From Patescibacteria group bacterium (lineage in GTDB: Bacteria; Patescibacteriota; Minisyncoccia; Phycocordibacterales; Phycocordibacteraceae), in assembly GCA_018970425.1 (NCBI GenBank), contig JAGWWK010000004.1, forward strand, positions 1,811 through 65,810: a DNA stretch of 64,000 nt. Direction: 5' to 3'. The notes under the pieces were generated by a model. It was not told the origin of the DNA and ran no database searches. It saw only the letters and a list, made by a program, of their open reading frames with translations. Within the stretch, counting starts at the first letter, position 1; the number at the start of each line of letters is the position of its first letter. This document shows, one piece after another, positions 60,672 through 64,000 of this stretch. Both the position numbers and the translations under genes were made by a program.

Positions 60672-62474
60672 ATGAACCCCGCTCTGCGGGGTTTCGTGTT
60701 CTATACTTTTTCTATGTCCATGTATCGCGAAGCAATCAGAGCATACTCAACTCGCACGATGCTTACAGATCTTGTGCGCAGAATTGCTCCATATCGGAGC
60801 ACGTTTCTTCTCGCAACCGGCATTCGCATTATTGGAGATGTTGCGTGGCTGTACCCGGCGATAGCGGTTGCGACGATACTTACGGAATTGTCTAAGGTGA
60901 CCGCTGCTTCGAGTAGCGTCATTCTTACGGTCTTTTTCTGGTGGGGCGTTGCCATCGCAGTGCGAGCACTATCTCGGTCGTGGTCGTCATACCTTGGTTT
61001 TCATGTTTCAGAGCGAGCCAAGCTCGATACTGAGCGCGAAGCGCTTCAACACCTGACCTTGCTTGATATGGCGTGGCATGAGCGCGAGTCGAGCGGCGCA
61101 AAGATGAAACGCGTTTCCGCTGCGGCTCAAGGTGTAGATCGGGTCATACGCATGTGGTTTACGCTCCTCGTGAGCATTAGCGTGACTGCGGTTGGCGTCC
61201 TTATTATTGTCAGTCGTATCGATCCAACGCTTTCTGTGCTAATCGTAGTTTTTGCCATAATCTACTTTACACTCGCGCTCATCTTAGGGCGGCGCGCCGC
61301 AGCAACCTCTCTTGCTGTTCAAAAAGAGGAAGAAGTTTTTAACGGTGTGGTGTATGAAACTATTGCGAATGTCCGCACGGTGCATGTGTTTGATCATGCA
61401 CGCGAGGCACTGTCCCGGCTCGACGCGCTTCTATCCGGTGTGGTGGGCAAGGTACAGACGCGTATTCAGGCCTATCAGTTCCGGTCGTTCGTATTGTTTG
61501 CATGTGCGCAAACATTCCTTATAGGTTCCTTACTGTTCGTCGGTATCCAGATTATTGACGGCCACTATGAGCTCGGTCTTTTTGCGCTCGTGTATCGATA
61601 CTTCGGTCAGATTTGGGACGCCGCAGGAGAGCTTGCCGATTTTTCCCAAGAGTTCATGACCTCAAAGCTCTCACTTGCACGGCTTTCGGAGATAACGCGC
61701 ACTCCCCCCGAGGGGGTGAGTGATGAACGGTTCGATATGCCACACGACTGGAAGGAAATCCGCTTTGACGACGTATCGTTCTCATATGGTGAGACCGTAG
61801 CGCTCTCGCATGTGTCCTTCTCGGTGCGCCGTGGCCAGAAAGTCGGCATCGTGGGCTCATCAGGCGCAGGCAAATCAACACTATTTAAGTTGCTCCTGAA
61901 AGAGCGGAGCGCGTATACCGGAGAGATCTACATCGATGACATTCCACTGCGTCATATACGTCGCTCAAGTTATTTTGAAAAGGTATCGGCCGTACTACAA
62001 GACACCGAAGTATTTAATATTTCGCTCAAGGATAATGTAACGCTCGCACGACCAGGGCTCTCATCAGACGAGCATGTGCGCAACGCTCTCAAGACGGCCC
62101 ACGTCAGTGACTTTGCGGAGCGTCTTCCCGAGGGCGTCGACACTATTATTGGCGAGCGCGGGGTGAAGTTATCAGGCGGTGAACGGCAGCGCCTCGGAAT
62201 CGCGCGCGCCGTGTTTAAGCAACCAGAGCTTCTCTTAATGGATGAAGCAACATCGCACCTCGATTCGGATTCCGAAGAGCGCATTCAAGACTCCCTAACG
62301 CGTTTCTTTTCCGGGGTTACGGCGATTGTTATTGCGCATAGACTATCTACAATCCGCGCTATGGATGTGATTTTAGTAATTGAAGGAGGGCAGGTCGTGG
62401 AGCAGGGGTCATTTGACGCGCTTATTGCACAGGGCGGCAGATTTTCCGAGTTGTGGTCGAAGCAGTCACTCTAG
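60672..62474 (+). CDS. ABC transporter, fused permease/ATP-binding protein (exporter type, MsbA-like)
   Basis: A six-TM domain is followed by an NBD with Walker A 'GIVGSSGAGKST', signature 'LSGGERQRLGIARA' and Walker B 'LLLMDEATSHLD'. Confidence 0.85.
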   Translation: MNPALRGFVFYTFSMSMYREAIRAYSTRTMLTDLVRRIAPYRSTFLLATGIRIIGDVAWLYPAIAVATILTELSKVTAASSSVILTVFFWWGVAIAVRALSRSWSSYLGFHVSERAKLDTEREALQHLTLLDMAWHERESSGAKMKRVSAAAQGVDRVIRMWFTLLVSISVTAVGVLIIVSRIDPTLSVLIVVFAIIYFTLALILGRRAAATSLAVQKEEEVFNGVVYETIANVRTVHVFDHAREALSRLDALLSGVVGKVQTRIQAYQFRSFVLFACAQTFLIGSLLFVGIQIIDGHYELGLFALVYRYFGQIWDAAGELADFSQEFMTSKLSLARLSEITRTPPEGVSDERFDMPHDWKEIRFDDVSFSYGETVALSHVSFSVRRGQKVGIVGSSGAGKSTLFKLLLKERSAYTGEIYIDDIPLRHIRRSSYFEKVSAVLQDTEVFNISLKDNVTLARPGLSSDEHVRNALKTAHVSDFAERLPEGVDTIIGERGVKLSGGERQRLGIARAVFKQPELLLMDEATSHLDSDSEERIQDSLTRFFSGVTAIVIAHRLSTIRAMDVILVIEGGQVVEQGSFDALIAQGGRFSELWSKQSL

Positions 62475-62572
62475 TATACTGAGAAGCGTTGCCCCTAGCG
62501 TGCGGCTGGCGGCGGCACTCACATAGATTTTCACTTGGAGCTCGCACCCGTCAGTCGCACACTGGGGAGAAC

Positions 62573-63568
62573 ATGTACGTACGAACACAGGTCAGTGCAC
62601 GAGAGCTGACGACTTTTCGCGTCGGCGGGTCCGTAGCAAATGTCATAACAATTGAATCTCGCGAGGAGGTATCTGATGTAGTCCGGTTTGCAGAGTCCCT
62701 TCAGGCACCGATCATACCGGTGGGTGGAGGGTCTAACATACTGGTACCCGACGGACTTCTCGCGGTAACATTTCTACGATACGCACCACGAGACATAACA
62801 GTCGACGGGCCCATCGTGAGGGTATCCGCAGGGGCACGATGGGATGACCTAGTCCTCATTTCTACTCAACACGGCCTGCGAGGTCTTGAAAACTTATCAG
62901 GCATACCAGGAACAGTAGGTGGAGCTGTCGCGCAGAACATTGGTGCCTATGGTGCAGTGCTTGCAGATACACTCTTGTCTGTGACCGCGTTTGATCTTCA
63001 TGAAAAAGAGTGGCGTGTGATTTCATCGAAAGCATGCTCATTCGGGTATCGGTCGAGTATGTTTTCCGCAGAACGCGACCGCTACCTAGTTACACAAGCA
63101 GAATTTGCACTCTCCCGAGATATGCCACTTCGTATCGACTATCGCGACCTCGCAGATGCGTTTCGTGATTGTGAACCGACGCAGGTAGGAGTGCGCGACA
63201 CGGTACTTCGCATTCGTGCGGACAAATTTCCCTCGCTTACCGAATTCGGAACCGCAGGATCATATTTTATGAATCCCGTGCTTGATGCGCGATCGGCATA
63301 TGCTGTTGCTGAGCGCTATCCTGGTATGCCAACATTTCATCTTCCTGAAGGTGGAGTTAAAGTACCGCTTGCATGGCTTATTGATCATGTCCTTGGAATG
63401 CGCGGACAGATACACCGCGGCGTTGAAGTGTGGCGCGGACAATCGCTCGTCCTTGCTGCGCATGAGAATGCTACATCCTCTGACGTGCGACGACTCGCAT
63501 CACACATTGCGCGCAGAGTATTCGAAGAAACGAACATACACATTACCCCAGAGGTGCGTGAGTTGTAA
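62573..63568 (+). CDS. murB: UDP-N-acetylenolpyruvoylglucosamine reductase
   Basis: The FAD-binding N-terminus reads 'TTFRVGGSVANVITIESREEV...PIIPVGGGSNILVPDGL'. The MurB C-terminal domain is present. The start is placed at the ATG at 62573. Confidence 0.8.
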   Translation: MYVRTQVSARELTTFRVGGSVANVITIESREEVSDVVRFAESLQAPIIPVGGGSNILVPDGLLAVTFLRYAPRDITVDGPIVRVSAGARWDDLVLISTQHGLRGLENLSGIPGTVGGAVAQNIGAYGAVLADTLLSVTAFDLHEKEWRVISSKACSFGYRSSMFSAERDRYLVTQAEFALSRDMPLRIDYRDLADAFRDCEPTQVGVRDTVLRIRADKFPSLTEFGTAGSYFMNPVLDARSAYAVAERYPGMPTFHLPEGGVKVPLAWLIDHVLGMRGQIHRGVEVWRGQSLVLAAHENATSSDVRRLASHIARRVFEETNIHITPEVREL

Positions 63569-63744
63569 TTTTTTTTCTTTAAAACTTATCCACAAATCAA
63601 ATTATTTTTTCATGCACGTGCGGAAAGATATCGAATAATGAATATGAACTTGTATCACAGCGGCGTCAGGTGCAGAGTACGCACAACACTCAGCACATGA
63701 CGGGTCGAACGCACTCAACGATGCAAGTCTAAACTCCTCATACT

Positions 63745-63807
63745 ATGGCAAAGAAGAAAATGGCAAAGAAGACGACAAAGAAGAAGGCAACAAAGAAGCG
63801 AAAATAA
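63745..63807 (+). CDS. Candidate 20-aa lysine-rich micro-protein (MAKKKMAKKTTKKKATKKRK)
   Basis: A short ORF of almost only Lys, Ala and Thr, followed 30 nt later by a strong terminator. Support is weak for an ORF this short. Confidence 0.2.
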   Translation: MAKKKMAKKTTKKKATKKRK

Positions 63808-63837
63808 CAGACCTTCCCCGCGGGGAACGTCCGCTTC

Positions 63838-63868
63838 AAAAGCGCCTCGGTGTCCGAGGCGCTTTTTC
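63838..63868 (+). terminator. Rho-independent terminator
   Basis: The sequence 'aaAAGCGCCTCGGtgtCCGAGGCGCTttttct'. Confidence 0.7.
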
Positions 63869-64000
63869 TATAGCTCGCGGTCGTGGCTCCAGATACTCCT
63901 CTGTGGTACCATACCTCCACATGACGACGTTCCTCGATAAGCTCGTCGGCAGAAAGCACCGACTCCTGCGTGAGGCTGAGCGGATCGTCCCTCTAGTTCA

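Overview
The window is a gene-dense, high-GC bacterial chromosomal segment. Three features suggest a Candidate Phyla Radiation (Patescibacteria-like) organism, but this is inference only: unlinked rRNA genes with an intron, a divergent 16S 515 region and 3' tail, and a glycosyltransferase-rich envelope gene set.

Main content, left to right:
- Housekeeping genes at 98-5319: efp, an ECF-type sigma factor with a downstream membrane protein, recA and ftsK.
- 5432-10187: a hypothetical regulator-like protein and a 1160-aa secreted Thr/Ser/Gly-rich protein with a peptidoglycan-binding domain.
- 10286-13578: a TPR protein, rplJ-rplL with leader and terminator, and an HTH-nucleotidyltransferase fusion followed by a TM-helix-repeat membrane protein.
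- 13641-17342: a 23S-5S rRNA locus preceded by a TTGACA-17-TATACT promoter and a terminator-like leader hairpin. The 23S carries a ~274-nt ORF-less insertion with group I intron core motifs at the I-CreI homing site.
- 17378-26196: FtsW/RodA, a GT1, a WbaP-like priming sugar transferase, folD, secD/secF, a kinase and a UMP-kinase-like gene.
- 26279-30268: a separate 16S rRNA gene with the same promoter and hairpin architecture. tRNA-Ile(GAU) lies ~625 bp downstream of the 16S, and tRNA-Leu(CAG) is on the minus strand.
- 30365-37248: a MurD fused to a peptidase M15 (LAS) domain, murC, rsmI, a TIM-barrel glycosidase-like protein and an ATPase with a Walker-A Lys-to-Arg substitution.
- About 37.4-63.6 kb: a large surface-glycan biosynthesis island. 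It holds at least seven GT1s, two AsnB-type amidotransferases, gmd, an epimerase, a cytidylyltransferase-cupin fusion, methyltransferases, a Wzx flippase, a Wzy-like ligase fused to TPR repeats, an ABC exporter, murB and several uncharacterised genes.

No CRISPR array, integrase, transposase or reverse transcriptase was seen. All calls rest on reading the six-frame translations and the raw sequence; no database search was run.
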